From a virus: a stretch of DNA of 64,000 bases. The position numbers and the translations under genes are program-made. How positions within the stretch are numbered: the first letter of the stretch is position 1; the number at the start of each line of letters is the position of its first letter. Under the pieces are notes generated by a model. It worked only from the letters and a program-made list of their open reading frames with translations, had not been told where the DNA came from and ran no database searches. Below are positions 19,882 to 30,238 of this stretch, one piece after another. The DNA lies in the IMG/VR virus record IMGVR_UViG_3300027722_000005, positions 1 through 64,000 of that record; one strand, given 5' to 3'.

Positions 19882-20334
19882 CTATCCGGCCAGCAATAAC
19901 GGCGCGGGCGCGACGAGCTGCCACGTCGGGGCGGGCGCCGGTAACTGGCGGCTGCACCATTCCTGGTACATGCGGTCAATCAGGTCATTCAGGCCGTATC
20001 GCTCATCGGGCACCAGGTCGGTGGGGCAGTACGCCGGCTTGACCTCCGCGCCCAATGCCCGCGCCATGCACGTCGCCACAAGGCGCGGGTTGACATTCGT
20101 GGTGATGATGCAGGCGGCGACTCCTGGCCCCGGTTGGTGCCCGCCCTGCCCGCCGTCCAGGGGGTGCCCGGCGGCCATAATGGCGTCGTACATGGCGAAT
20201 ACCTCATCACGGCACCCCGGGCCGGGCGAACGGTACATGACAACCGCCGCCGCCTGGGAGTGGCAGAACGTCGCTTCCAACGTCCCGGGCGGCACAGGGT
20301 CGATATAGAACGCGGCGATCACTTCGCGGGCCAT
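19882..20334 (-). CDS. Hypothetical protein
   Basis: MAREVIAAFY..., start coupled to upstream stop. Confidence 0.55.
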   Translation of the reverse strand: MAREVIAAFYIDPVPPGTLEATFCHSQAAAVVMYRSPGPGCRDEVFAMYDAIMAAGHPLDGGQGGHQPGPGVAACIITTNVNPRLVATCMARALGAEVKPAYCPTDLVPDERYGLNDLIDRMYQEWCSRQLPAPAPTWQLVAPAPLLLAG

Positions 20335-20783
20335 CAATCGCTCCGCCCAAGCCATTTCTGCTGCCATTCGTCCAACAGGCGATTCAGGACGGGGAGCCCG
20401 CCCGTCGCCTCCCAGAACGGATGCTGGATGACCGTCCAGCGGTCGGGCTTGTGCCACCACCGGCCCTTTTCCCAGTCTGGACAGTCGGCGTCTTTCCACA
20501 TGGACCGCATGGTCAGAATCTCGCTGATGCTCCGCCGCGCCAGCAGGTAGGCGGACAAAAACATCGGAGCACCGCACGCCGGGCAGCGCAGCCTCATCCC
20601 GCACCACGCGCCCCTGTGGTCGCAATCCTCGGGCCGCACGTCGCCGCGCACGGGGCCGTTCATGTGATCCTGGAGCATACCAACGGCCCCGATGCCCGGG
20701 ATGTCGATTGTCACAGGCTGCGGTTCCATCCCGGCTACAAGAGCCTCGATTTCGGCAAGCAGACTCTCAAGATTGTCGCTCAT
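20334..20783 (-). CDS. Hypothetical protein with CxxC motif
   Basis: RBS GGAGAG; RCPACG. Confidence 0.55.
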   Translation of the reverse strand: MSDNLESLLAEIEALVAGMEPQPVTIDIPGIGAVGMLQDHMNGPVRGDVRPEDCDHRGAWCGMRLRCPACGAPMFLSAYLLARRSISEILTMRSMWKDADCPDWEKGRWWHKPDRWTVIQHPFWEATGGLPVLNRLLDEWQQKWLGRSD

Positions 20784-22411
20784 TCTCTCCCCTCCCCAAT
20801 TACCCTTGTGATGCGCTCAAAGTGCGCCCCGCCGCTCGACTTGTCGTCGGGCCATACCTCGCGCTGGATGGCCCGTTTGCTCTTGCCCTGCGCGTGAAGC
20901 GCCAGGATTTGCGCGTCAATCTCGGCATCTTTGTCGTTCCCTTCTTGCCCGTTGCCCTGGCTTGTAGTTGGCATCGCGCCCAGCGGACCGCCCTGCCCCT
21001 GGAGTGCAGAAAGGATCTCGCTCGGTTCTACCAGTGGCGCCTGCAAACGAATGGTGCCCCAGTGCGGCAATTGGGCCATGGCGCGGCCTGGGACTTCGAT
21101 GGTAGCCGCGGATGCGTCCCCGATGACCATCCGACTTTGGCCGACCGCCGTCCTGAACTGGAATCGCGCTGCCAGCATTTCCCGCAATCCGGTATCAATA
21201 TGCGATCCCTTCCACGATTGCCCGCCAAGAATGAAATAGATACCGAACTTCCTGGCCTCCAGGACCGCACGAAAAGTTGATTGCATTACCCCGTTGTTGC
21301 TGACCAAGAGAATCGTGGCTTCATCCATGAGAAAAACGATGGGCGGCAATGCTTCCCTGGCACGGGCGTTGTAGTCAGCCAGGTTATCAATCCCCGGCGA
21401 CAGGGACAGGTACAGTTCCTCGCGGCGGGACATCTCTTGTTCCAGGTCACGGGCAATGGCGGCCGCTCCCTCGGGTGTGCTGGCCACGGGCCACAGCAGT
21501 CGCTCGCTATTGGCGAATGGGGCGAATGTGACACGGCGCATATCAAAGAGCGCCAACCGGCAGGGTTCTTGCGACACCGCCAATTGGTAGGCCAGCACCC
21601 GCAGGAACACAGACTTACCGGAGTTGGGGCGACCGGCCACGAGGGCGTGTACCATTTCCTGCAAGGAAACCGTAACGGTTTCCTGTTGTCCACTATCATT
21701 GATGGTAACGCCCAGCACCAAGTTGGACAGGCTGGGCCTCGGTGCCAAATCGTGCAAGCGAACAACCTTCGGCAGCGCAGCATCTTGCTCGGCTTGCGGC
21801 GCGGCGATGGCGGGCACCTGGTCGTTCTTGTGCAGCGAGTGATAGGTGTGCAGATTCGGAAACGCCCTGGACCTGGCATCTTCTTTCCTCACGTCAAAGT
21901 GCGCGGCGATTTGCGCCACAGACAAATCATCATGCAGGGCTCGGTGTACGTTGCCGTTGTCGCCCATGAGAATAGAGCCGACTTCCGCACTCAGATTGAC
22001 GACCTGCCAGCCGCCGGCAACCTCCCGCACCAGCGCGCCGTCTGCCGAGATGTGCGCAGAAGACAGCTTCTCGGCCAAGTCGTCGGTGCGAATACGATTG
22101 CGGCGCTGCTCTACCTCAATGGCATCCAGCCTCCGTTTCTTGCCGAAATCGTGCGTTCGTTCTGCTGCCCATAGAAGGACGCGGTATAGAACGACCATTG
22201 CCAGACCGCCAACAAAGACGAGCGTCACGGCCGCCAGGACAATGAGGCCGAACCACGGCTCCCTCTCCGGCCTATAGGACGGCGCCCTGTCCATGCCCTC
22301 AATGGCCATAAGAATCAGGGCGACGACGACGAGGCCAACGCAGACAAACAGCGTTGTCCAACTGGCCCCGCCGGTTTCTTGCACCGCATCGGTATCGTAC
22401 TTCTTGCTCAT
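20780..22411 (-). CDS. FtsK/SpoIIIE (TraB-like) membrane-anchored ATPase
   Basis: Two N-terminal TM helices; HALVAGRPNSGKS Walker A; IVFLMDEA Walker B; ARKFGI; C-terminal HTH-like GKSKRAIQREVW. Confidence 0.9.
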   Translation of the reverse strand: MSKKYDTDAVQETGGASWTTLFVCVGLVVVALILMAIEGMDRAPSYRPEREPWFGLIVLAAVTLVFVGGLAMVVLYRVLLWAAERTHDFGKKRRLDAIEVEQRRNRIRTDDLAEKLSSAHISADGALVREVAGGWQVVNLSAEVGSILMGDNGNVHRALHDDLSVAQIAAHFDVRKEDARSRAFPNLHTYHSLHKNDQVPAIAAPQAEQDAALPKVVRLHDLAPRPSLSNLVLGVTINDSGQQETVTVSLQEMVHALVAGRPNSGKSVFLRVLAYQLAVSQEPCRLALFDMRRVTFAPFANSERLLWPVASTPEGAAAIARDLEQEMSRREELYLSLSPGIDNLADYNARAREALPPIVFLMDEATILLVSNNGVMQSTFRAVLEARKFGIYFILGGQSWKGSHIDTGLREMLAARFQFRTAVGQSRMVIGDASAATIEVPGRAMAQLPHWGTIRLQAPLVEPSEILSALQGQGGPLGAMPTTSQGNGQEGNDKDAEIDAQILALHAQGKSKRAIQREVWPDDKSSGGAHFERITRVIGEGRE

Positions 22412-22509
22412 CCCACAATCCCCGCCATCAAAACGGCAATGATGCAGGCCAGAATGGCCAGAATGAACACCAGCACCGCGAACGCCAGCAGTTCTTGTCG
22501 GCCCGTCAC
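22408..22509 (-). CDS. Small single-TM peptide
   Basis: MTGRQELLAFAVLVFILAILACIIAVLMAGIVG; stop overlaps FtsK start. Confidence 0.45.
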   Translation of the reverse strand: MTGRQELLAFAVLVFILAILACIIAVLMAGIVG

Positions 22510-22510
22510 G

Positions 22511-22708
22511 TCATCTCCCCAGCAACAGCGCCCACGCCAGCGCCGCGCTTGCCCCCGCCAGCACCCACGGCAGCGCCGCACGCCACAGCCTCGCCCGGTT
22601 GTGCCGCGCTGCCTCTAGCCGTCGTGTCCGGTGCGCCAGGTGGGCGGCCTGTCGCTGGCGTTCCTGGCGCCACTGGTCAAGGGTGCGTTCGTCAACCTTG
22701 CCGGTCAT
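22511..22708 (-). CDS. Small membrane protein
   Basis: MTGKVDE..., C-terminal hydrophobic helix. Confidence 0.45.
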   Translation of the reverse strand: MTGKVDERTLDQWRQERQRQAAHLAHRTRRLEAARHNRARLWRAALPWVLAGASAALAWALLLGR

Positions 22709-22712
22709 GGGC

Positions 22713-22919
22713 CTAAATCTCCCACACGCATTCTTGCGTACAGTACGGGCAGCAGCAACACCCCTCCTCGTAATTGTCGTTGATTTCCTCTTCGAATGGG
22801 CAGGAATGCGCCCCCCACTCGTACTCATTGCAGGTGCAACGGTCATTGATGCCAAGCCTGCCCCAGTCGTCCGAGTCCGGCGGCTCCGGCTTTCGTTGTG
22901 CTTGCTCTTCTTCTGTCAC
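22713..22919 (-). CDS. Small Cys-rich protein
   Basis: HSCPFEEEIN...CCCCPYCTQEC; GGAGG RBS. Confidence 0.6.
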   Translation of the reverse strand: MTEEEQAQRKPEPPDSDDWGRLGINDRCTCNEYEWGAHSCPFEEEINDNYEEGCCCCPYCTQECVWEI

Positions 22920-23157
22920 AGCAACCTCCCCTGTTCCGCCCGCTCCCCTATCGGCTCGGGTGACGGCTCAATCAGCGTCCAGGTCCGGGCGCAGTACAGC
23001 AGGTGCCGCCCGTTGCGGTCGCCTGCCACGAACTCGCCTTCTTGAAAGCGACGGTAGACGGCACCGGACAGCCCGAAGCGCCGCTCGGCTTCGTCGCACA
23101 GGTCGGGGCGCTCGCGCCAGGGCGTGTAGCGGCCGGCGCGGGACTGGAGGCGGGCAG

Positions 23158-23679
23158 TCATTCGGCGGCCTCCAGTGCTTCGAGTGCGTCAAACAGGAAC
23201 CAGTGCTCGTTATCAATGCTCACGTCATACGGCCGGGAGTCTTCAACTTCTGGCATCCACACTCGCCACACATCGGCGCTGACACTGGTTTGCTGCCAGC
23301 ACACGGCAAAGCATTCGTCCATCCCTGCGAGTTCGCGCACGGCGGCGGCTTCGGCTGGAATGTGGCCCGGATCGGCAAAGTCCATGGCGTACTGGTCAAA
23401 AGCGGCGGCCAGGCGCTCCAGATTCTCGCGCTTGACCATCACCGCGTCAAAGGTAGACGCCATGACGATCCTGTGCGCTTCCGGCACGGCGCGGTCTTTC
23501 CACAAATCCCACACCGGCTGTAGGTTGTCGGCAATCATGTACTCGACGGCATCCAGTCCAAGATACCGCTTTGCCATGCTGTCCCACACCAACCAGGCAC
23601 CGCGAAAGGCATTGGAAAATTCGCGGAACACCCGAACCGGCCCACTCTTCGGAACGAGATAGATAGTCGTCCTGCTCAC
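23158..23679 (-). CDS. Hypothetical protein
   Basis: GTG start SRTTIYLVPK..., coupled to neighbours. Confidence 0.6.
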   Translation of the reverse strand: MSRTTIYLVPKSGPVRVFREFSNAFRGAWLVWDSMAKRYLGLDAVEYMIADNLQPVWDLWKDRAVPEAHRIVMASTFDAVMVKRENLERLAAAFDQYAMDFADPGHIPAEAAAVRELAGMDECFAVCWQQTSVSADVWRVWMPEVEDSRPYDVSIDNEHWFLFDALEALEAAE

Positions 23680-23951
23680 CCTGCACCCCCCTGCGCTTCT
23701 TGCGCTACTCCTACGCGCTCCCCATGCGCCCGGCCCCTTCGATTGCACTTGGGGCAAAGTTGCCGCTCTTTCCCGATTAGCCAACCGTCCCGCCGTGCCG
23801 TCTTGACGCACTCCCGCAACGTCTGCCCGACGTAGTTGTGCGGGAACTCGTTGTACAGGTGCGCCCGCGGATTCAGCGGTTCGCCGAACTTTTGCACCGG
23901 CGCGTCCTCGTTGTCGCAATACAGGTCTAGCGTGTATGCCCCGACTTTCAC
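23676..23951 (-). CDS. Small Zn-finger-like protein
   Basis: LYCDN...ARRDGW...LCPKC. Confidence 0.6.
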   Translation of the reverse strand: MKVGAYTLDLYCDNEDAPVQKFGEPLNPRAHLYNEFPHNYVGQTLRECVKTARRDGWLIGKERQLCPKCNRRGRAHGERVGVAQEAQGGAG

Positions 23952-24126
23952 AGTTCCCCCCTTTGCCGCCATTGCTCTTGCGGGCGTTCCCACGAACCAG
24001 GGCAGCGATTCGCCCTGTCACCGCCAAGCGCGGCAACGTGGCGGCGAAACTTGCCATCGGATGACAGGCCAATTATTCGGCCACACCGCTTGCATTTGGC
24101 CTCGCCCCACTTTAGACTACGCTCGC

Positions 24127-24858
24127 TCATTCGGCCCTCCATCCTGTCTCTTCTGCCCAACGCTTGACGGTTTTGTCGGTCGGTGCACCGCGGCCGCTCT
24201 CCGCCAAAATGCGCCGCACATCATCCGGCGACAAGTTGCGGCCATCGCCGTTCTGACTGGCGACAATGCCGCGCCAGTCTGCAATTTTGGCGACGGGCAG
24301 CGCGGCACTCGGCACACTTTCTGGCAGCGCGGGCAGAATGTCGCCGGACAGCGCCGCCAGTGCCGGTTTTGTCACGACAAGGTTCGGCGCTCCGTGCGCA
24401 ACCGCCGCCACTGCCGTCTCGTTGTCCGCGGCGATGCGCTGCGCGTAGCCGGTCGAGATGACAATGCCGATGGTTGACGCGGCGACCGCCACGGACCACA
24501 GCAGCAAAACGCCGTCATGCCGCAAAACGGCGCCAATCTCGACGCCACGAACGCCGGCCGCGATGCTTGGCGTGAGCACTGCCACGAATAGCGCGGCAGT
24601 GACCGACGCAATGCCGAGCAATGCCTTGGCGTCTTTGCGGCTTGCCCAGACAGAAAACGCAAATGCGAACGCAAACCCTTCCACCGCCGCCATTGCCACG
24701 GACACTGCGGCGCTAGCCGGCACCCACCACGGCAGCCAGGCGGCGGGCAGCGCAAAGCCCTCGGCCCACAAGAGCGCCGTCACCCAGCGCGGAATGGCGG
24801 TCAGGACTGCGCCGATCTTGATAAGGTTGGCCTGCGTTGCGGTGTCAAGTCGTTTCAC
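24127..24858 (-). CDS. Multi-TM protein with C-terminal HTH-like tail (DUF2637/Spd-like architecture)
   Basis: About 4 hydrophobic helices, low-complexity linker, PTDKTVKRWA end. Confidence 0.55.
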   Translation of the reverse strand: MKRLDTATQANLIKIGAVLTAIPRWVTALLWAEGFALPAAWLPWWVPASAAVSVAMAAVEGFAFAFAFSVWASRKDAKALLGIASVTAALFVAVLTPSIAAGVRGVEIGAVLRHDGVLLLWSVAVAASTIGIVISTGYAQRIAADNETAVAAVAHGAPNLVVTKPALAALSGDILPALPESVPSAALPVAKIADWRGIVASQNGDGRNLSPDDVRRILAESGRGAPTDKTVKRWAEETGWRAE

Positions 24859-25303
24859 AGTTGCGCCTCTCTCTTCCGATCCTGTAGGTCATGGCTACTC
24901 TTCCTCTTCCTGGCAGTCAGGGCAGATATGCTCATCGCCATTCACCAGCCAGCCCCAACCCTCTAGCTTGTCGTCTACGCCACGGGCATCCCAACCGCCA
25001 CCGGCCAGGGGCGTAAGGTCGAACTCTTCATTGCTCTCCATGCACTTGTCACACGTCACCGTAACGTAGGCATCACTCATCATGGCAACTTCCCTCCCTC
25101 TTCTGGAAACGGTATACTTCTTGCAGAATCGCCGGATGGCCGCCCTCTCCCCCTTCTTCCCATCACCACTACCCCCGCCAGGCACACCCCTGCCACCACG
25201 CCCAGCACCAGCGCAACGCCTGCGCCTTCCGTGTCGCGCATCGCCAGCAGCCACAGCGGGCCGGCGACCAGGGCGAGCGAGGCGGCGACGGCGCGGGTGG
25301 GGG

Positions 25304-25750
25304 TCATCGTGCGGCCCCCAGCCCGGCCAGCAGCACGGCGCGGACGATGGCGACGGCCTCAGTATCGGCAAAGGCGCCCCAAACCCCTATTGACATTTTT
25401 CTCAAGTCGCAATGCCAGCGCCTGCCGGGGCCCCTGTCGTCGGCGCGGTCTAGAGTGAAGCCGTCAAAGCCGGTAGTCAACTTCAACGCCGCCACAATGT
25501 TGCCGGACCAGTTCTCCCAAATGCCAGGATAGGGATAGTCTGGCTGATTCTGCGTCACGGGAAACACCTTAGTCCAGCGCCTATCGGGTGCCATGGCATC
25601 AAACTCGGGCATGAGCCAAACGGCCACGACTTCGCCCCGCGCGGCCATCCTGGCTTCCCCCTCCGGGTCGCGCCGCCAGCCCATCGCTTTGGCGACCAGG
25701 ACATTCAGCTCCTTCGGCGTCGCGTTTCGGATCTCTTCCTCTGTCATCAT
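25304..25750 (-). CDS. Phage ABA-sandwich-domain-like protein
   Basis: ELNVLVAKAMGW...WSGNIVAALKL...ADTEAVAIVRAVL. Confidence 0.6.
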   Translation of the reverse strand: MMTEEEIRNATPKELNVLVAKAMGWRRDPEGEARMAARGEVVAVWLMPEFDAMAPDRRWTKVFPVTQNQPDYPYPGIWENWSGNIVAALKLTTGFDGFTLDRADDRGPGRRWHCDLRKMSIGVWGAFADTEAVAIVRAVLLAGLGAAR

Positions 25751-26169
25751 TCCTCCTCACACGGCGCGCTGCTTGCCAGGCACACCGCCCTAACCCTGGC
25801 GGCCAGCCCCGCCGCCGTCACTTCCTCGGGCAGCTCCCAGCGCAGCCCGGCGTACACCTCTGCCAGTGCCGCCTTGCCGCCCGCCGCGTACTTCGCTGCC
25901 TCGCGGGTACAACCGGCGCAGAAGGTCGTGCCCTCGTCGCCCAGGTCGGCATCGGTGATGATGTCGCCGGGCAGATGGCCGCACGACTGGCGCATCTGGT
26001 AGCGGGCCAGGGCCAGCTTGGCGCGGAGGGCGGAGCCTTCCATCTCGCTGGCGTAGGCCCAGGCGGCGGTGTTGTCAGCGGCTAGGCGGTCGATCTTGAG
26101 CAGCAGGGTGGCGTTGTCGCCTTGCAGTTGGGCGATCTCGGCGCGTAGTGTTTCGGTTGTCGGTTCCAT
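25747..26169 (-). CDS. Hypothetical coiled-coil protein with CGH..CxxC motif
   Basis: GGAGG RBS before MEPTTE; SCGHL...FCAGC. Confidence 0.55.
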   Translation of the reverse strand: MEPTTETLRAEIAQLQGDNATLLLKIDRLAADNTAAWAYASEMEGSALRAKLALARYQMRQSCGHLPGDIITDADLGDEGTTFCAGCTREAAKYAAGGKAALAEVYAGLRWELPEEVTAAGLAARVRAVCLASSAPCEEE

Positions 26170-26450
26170 CGGTCCTCCCCCGCGCAAGCCGTTGTTAGCG
26201 GCTAGGCCGCAATCCTGTCAACGACAATAGCCTTCACGGCTGCGCGTTCGGCAAGCGTGATGTCGGCCCATGCCTTGGCTACAATCTGAGGGATATCCCC
26301 ATCTGGTGCTATAGTCTGAATGTAGAGCCTAGTTCCCTTCTGGTGCAGCTCGCAAAAATACTCAAATCCCTCGTGACGTGTCATTGCCGTTACTCCTCTC
26401 GCAGCAACCCTCTCTTCTCTTCCATAAACGAAAGCCCCGTCCGGCTTATC

Positions 26451-26897
26451 TCAACCGTCCAGGTCAATCGGGAACGCTGCCCGCATCCCGTCAATCTCAC
26501 GCTGCATGGCCTCGCTGTTGGCCCGCGCTCGTTCCAACTCCGCCCGCAACTGCTCTATCCTGGCGCTCTGTTGCTCAGTCCTGGCGCGTTCCTCGCGGAG
26601 CGCCAGGGTCAGGTCTGCCCGGTCCTTCTGTAGTCGAGCTATCGTCTCGCCCTGCCGCTCGACCTCTGCCCGCAGCTCCCGCGCCTCCATGAATAAGCGG
26701 GCACACTCCTCTGTGGCAACGCAGGCAACTTCATAGCCTTTCGTCGGCGCATCGGTTGCCCGCCGCTCGGTTTGAATTTCCCAATATTCGGTTTCTGGAT
26801 TCCATTCCATTACCCACGGCTCGTCTAGTGGTGCCCAGGTTGACATCCCTGTTACCTTCCTTCCCACAATCGTTGCAATGCGCTCAGTCGTCATCAT
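26451..26897 (-). CDS. Hypothetical coiled-coil protein
   Basis: ORF in operon with long heptad C-terminus. Confidence 0.5.
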   Translation of the reverse strand: MMTTERIATIVGRKVTGMSTWAPLDEPWVMEWNPETEYWEIQTERRATDAPTKGYEVACVATEECARLFMEARELRAEVERQGETIARLQKDRADLTLALREERARTEQQSARIEQLRAELERARANSEAMQREIDGMRAAFPIDLDG

Positions 26898-27206
26898 CCG
26901 GCGCGAGAATCCCGTCTTCGATGAGCGCCTTTTCCACGTCCTGAATTGCATCCAAGACGTTCAGCGCAGCGGCGGCCATGTGCAGCCCCGTTTCCTCGCC
27001 CACCAGCGTAATCTCGGAATGGTCGTCAACCCATCCCGTCAAATACTCGGTGAGTTCATTCAGCAACTTCCCCCTCTGACTTGCGTTCATTTTTCCTTAA
27101 TCCTTCCTGCCGCCTTAATGGCAGCAACCTTCTTCTCTGCCCTAATGCCAGCGCCCCGCCCTTTGTGGACGCATCGGCCCGACGTGTCTACGGCGGCGAC
27201 GTGGCG

Positions 27207-27584
27207 CTAGCGGCGTTCGGACTCGCGCCTATCCCAATACTCAGCAGTTTCCAGACACTCTCGCCTGGATTCGCTGCTCAGTTCCTCCAGGGTATCGTAG
27301 GCGCTATTCATGGCATCATCGCGGCGCTTGTACTCGGCCACTTCTGCCCGCAGCCGTTCGACCTCGGCGTTCAGGCGGGCGACGGTAGCCAGCAACTCGG
27401 GCAGCCTTGCGATTGCCGCCCCGCGCTCCATTGCCTCTTTCCAGCCGGGGCTGCCAATGTCAACGGCCCGATGCTCCACGTACCTTGACGGCCTCGGCTC
27501 GGACAGTTGACAGACCACGCACTGCGCCGATGGCGAGAAAATCACATTGCCCTGCTGTTCCCACGTTTCGCTTGCAATATCCAT
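27207..27584 (-). CDS. Hypothetical phage protein
   Basis: RBS GAGGGGAG; AIARLPELL...AEVERLRA. Confidence 0.55.
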   Translation of the reverse strand: MDIASETWEQQGNVIFSPSAQCVVCQLSEPRPSRYVEHRAVDIGSPGWKEAMERGAAIARLPELLATVARLNAEVERLRAEVAEYKRRDDAMNSAYDTLEELSSESRRECLETAEYWDRRESERR

Positions 27585-27758
27585 GCTCCCCTCTCAAATG
27601 CCAGCGGCCCGCCGGCTATCTCAGCCGACGGGCCGCCATTCGCGCTTGCACATCGGCAACCTTTGCGGTACAATGTGCTTACGGCTAGACGCCGGCCTGT
27701 CGGCGTTGTGGTCGAGGCCGGCGGGGAGTGCTCCAACACGCCCCGCCGGCTGTCCAAC

Positions 27759-27953
27759 TCAGTCCCCCATTTCCGCTTCTCCTTGTCCGGTTGCCTCCTC
27801 TCCCTCTGGCGGGATGGCTTCGATCTCACCAAGCACCCAACGCCGCAAGAGCCGCCTGATTGCCTGTGAAAGTGTGATGTCTTCTCTCGCTGCCTTTTCT
27901 ACTGAGGCACGATCCAGGTCGTTGGGTATCCTGAACGTTCTCGTTTTCTCCAT
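27759..27953 (-). CDS. Ribbon-helix-helix (CopG/Arc-like) regulator
   Basis: MEKTRTFRIPNDL...KAAREDITLSQAIRRLL. Confidence 0.7.
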   Translation of the reverse strand: MEKTRTFRIPNDLDRASVEKAAREDITLSQAIRRLLRRWVLGEIEAIPPEGEEATGQGEAEMGD

Positions 27954-27987
27954 CCCCCACCCTGTAACGCATTGTAACGCACCTGTC

Positions 27988-28015
27988 ATTATACCACAGT
28001 TCCGCCGCTTGTCAA
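27988..28015 (-). promoter_or_regulatory. Sigma70-type promoter
   Basis: TTGACA-16-TATAAT on minus strand, followed by tandem TGCGTTACA repeats. Confidence 0.75.
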
Positions 28016-28257
28016 TACCCCCGGCGCACCAATTTGCCACTTTTGGCAACTTCCCGCATCACTCGTGCCCCTCGTCAACCGGGGCGCGGCGGAGCTGCCA
28101 GAGGGTCCACGCCACAAGCGCGATGAGCAAGACGGCGATAACTACCATCGCCGCCCCCTCACGCGCCACACCTGCCCCTGGACACGCACCGGCCGCGGGT
28201 TGCGCGACTCACGGCGGGCGCAGAATGGGCGGTACTTGCCGGTAGGTGTAGGCATTT

Positions 28258-29067
28258 CTAGACCTCCTTATGTGCGGCAAACATAGCCGCCGGGCGTGAC
28301 CACGTTCTTGCCAGCGCCTTCCACGGCTGCGGATAGTTGATCCAATAATCGGCGGGTTGGTAGAGTTGCGCGAATGGCAAGCCGCCCAACTGCCACACAG
28401 CTTCTAGCCGTTCCCTTGCCGCCTCAATATCCTCGTCACCGTAGGCGATCAGCACGTACACCCGGCACTTTCGCCGGGGCAGGGCCAGCCGCTCGATGGC
28501 TCGCTCCAGTGGCTTGAGCGCCCCGGCGGTATCGGCGGCCAGAAAGACCTCAGAGATCCGCAAGCCTCGCAGCCAGTCAATGCGCCAATCGTCCAGGCGG
28601 CGTGCCTCAAGCCCGCCTGAAAAAATGGCATAGCGTTGCGAGTTGAGCATGCCCCCGACTCGCTCCAGGTGCGCCGGGCTGGCTTGTAGAATGTTGTTGT
28701 CCTGGATGATATAGCCCGGCGCAAAGTTGCGGATCTCACGCAACCGCCCCTCGCGCACATGCACCAGACACCACGGGCAGTTGTTGTTGCAGCCGTGCGT
28801 CGTGAACGTCACGCCCGCCTTGATGTACTGCCCCGGTGTAAAGCCGTTCGGGCAGGCGTCGAAGGCCGGGCCGCCCAGCTTGACGACAGGATAATAGAGC
28901 GCCCACGCCTCCGCCAGTCGTTGCCCCTCTGCCTGGTCCCAGGTGAACGCCACCGAAACGTGGACCTCAGCGGCGGTCGGTCGCCACAGCGGCGGATCGC
29001 CTACGAATGCCAGCGGGTCATCTGGCGTCAGGGCCGTTCGGCGCGGGAACACCCGAAGGATGGTCAT
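28258..29067 (-). CDS. Radical SAM protein
   Basis: TTHGCNNNCPWC (CxxxCxxC), DNN, GLEAR, YVLI. Confidence 0.85.
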   Translation of the reverse strand: MTILRVFPRRTALTPDDPLAFVGDPPLWRPTAAEVHVSVAFTWDQAEGQRLAEAWALYYPVVKLGGPAFDACPNGFTPGQYIKAGVTFTTHGCNNNCPWCLVHVREGRLREIRNFAPGYIIQDNNILQASPAHLERVGGMLNSQRYAIFSGGLEARRLDDWRIDWLRGLRISEVFLAADTAGALKPLERAIERLALPRRKCRVYVLIAYGDEDIEAARERLEAVWQLGGLPFAQLYQPADYWINYPQPWKALARTWSRPAAMFAAHKEV

Positions 29068-29372
29068 GCAGCCTCCTTCCTATTCCTCTTCTTCGTCTCG
29101 ATCACGCCAACCGGCCGCCCGTTGACCTTCCGCCCTTCCAGCAGGGCAGCGCAACCCGGAACGCGCCCGGCGATTCGCTCCCTGGCCCGTTCCAGGCGAC
29201 AGGCTACGGCCTGGTGGCTTACGCCCAACGCGGCGGCGATCTCCATGTTTGTCATCCCCTGCCAGCGCAGCGCCATGACCGAGAGCTGCGACGGCTCAAC
29301 CGCTCGCAAGATGTCGGCGACGGTATCCAGGTGACACAAATAGTCCAGCGGTGTCACGGTGTAGCCCTCCAC
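29064..29372 (-). CDS. Sigma70 region-4-like HTH protein
   Basis: GMTNMEIAAALGVSHQAV..RL.RA. Confidence 0.7.
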   Translation of the reverse strand: MEGYTVTPLDYLCHLDTVADILRAVEPSQLSVMALRWQGMTNMEIAAALGVSHQAVACRLERARERIAGRVPGCAALLEGRKVNGRPVGVIETKKRNRKEAA

Positions 29373-29824
29373 TCCTCTGCTTTGAGCAGCGCCACGGCCG
29401 CCAGTCCCACGCCAATCGCATCTGCCTCATCCTCGGCGTTCTTGGCGTCCAACGCGCGGCCGGCGATGTCCTTGGCGATGGGCAACGCCTCCTTGTGGCA
29501 GCCGCTCGCCTTGACCTGCATCGCGTTGACCGGGAGCCAGCGCACGTCCCAGTGATCGGCGACGGACCAGCAGGCCCATTCGACGCCGCCCAATTTGCGG
29601 TTGGTGGCCATGTTGCGCCGGTCGCCGCTGGCTATCTCGTAGGCCAGCACGGCGGGGCCGGTGGTGTAAACCTTGTCGGTGAGCCAGCGCACGATGGACT
29701 TGACGCGCTCGCGCCAGTCGCTGCCGTGCGGCACGTAGACATTGCTGGCCCGGTATTCGCCGTCTTCGAATAGGGACCAGCCGACGGCGACGGTCGAGGC
29801 GTCGATGGCAAGGACGCGGGTCAC
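29354..29824 (-). CDS. RuvC-like Holliday junction resolvase
   Basis: VLAIDAST..VGWS, YE, DEADAIGVG. Confidence 0.8.
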   Translation of the reverse strand: MTRVLAIDASTVAVGWSLFEDGEYRASNVYVPHGSDWRERVKSIVRWLTDKVYTTGPAVLAYEIASGDRRNMATNRKLGGVEWACWSVADHWDVRWLPVNAMQVKASGCHKEALPIAKDIAGRALDAKNAEDEADAIGVGLAAVALLKAEEWRATP

Positions 29825-30238
29825 ATTCCCCGCCTTCTGCGCTCGACGCTCAAGTCAATACCGGCCTCCCGTGTGAGCTGCTGCGCTGCCGCGTGCAATG
29901 CCGGGTCAACCGGCGCGAACGGTGCATCCAGCGGCCCGCCGGGCGTGGTTAGCGCCAGTTCGACAACCGCCGCCTGTGGTGCGCCGCGCAGGCGCTTGAC
30001 GTGTTCGGCTACTCGCTGTGAATACGGCTGTACGCTCACTCCCCACCCTCCATCGCCGCTGCCAGTCTCAGCGCATACACCACCGCCGCGCTCGCGTCGG
30101 GTGCCAGGTGCGCCCGCAACTGGTCCCACTGTAGCCCCGGCCCCCACGTCGCAGCCTCTACCCGTGCGGCGGCGATGATGGCATTGGCGCGGGCAAGGGC
30201 GGCGGCGAAGGCGCGCAACTCGGCAGGCGTGGGGGTGG

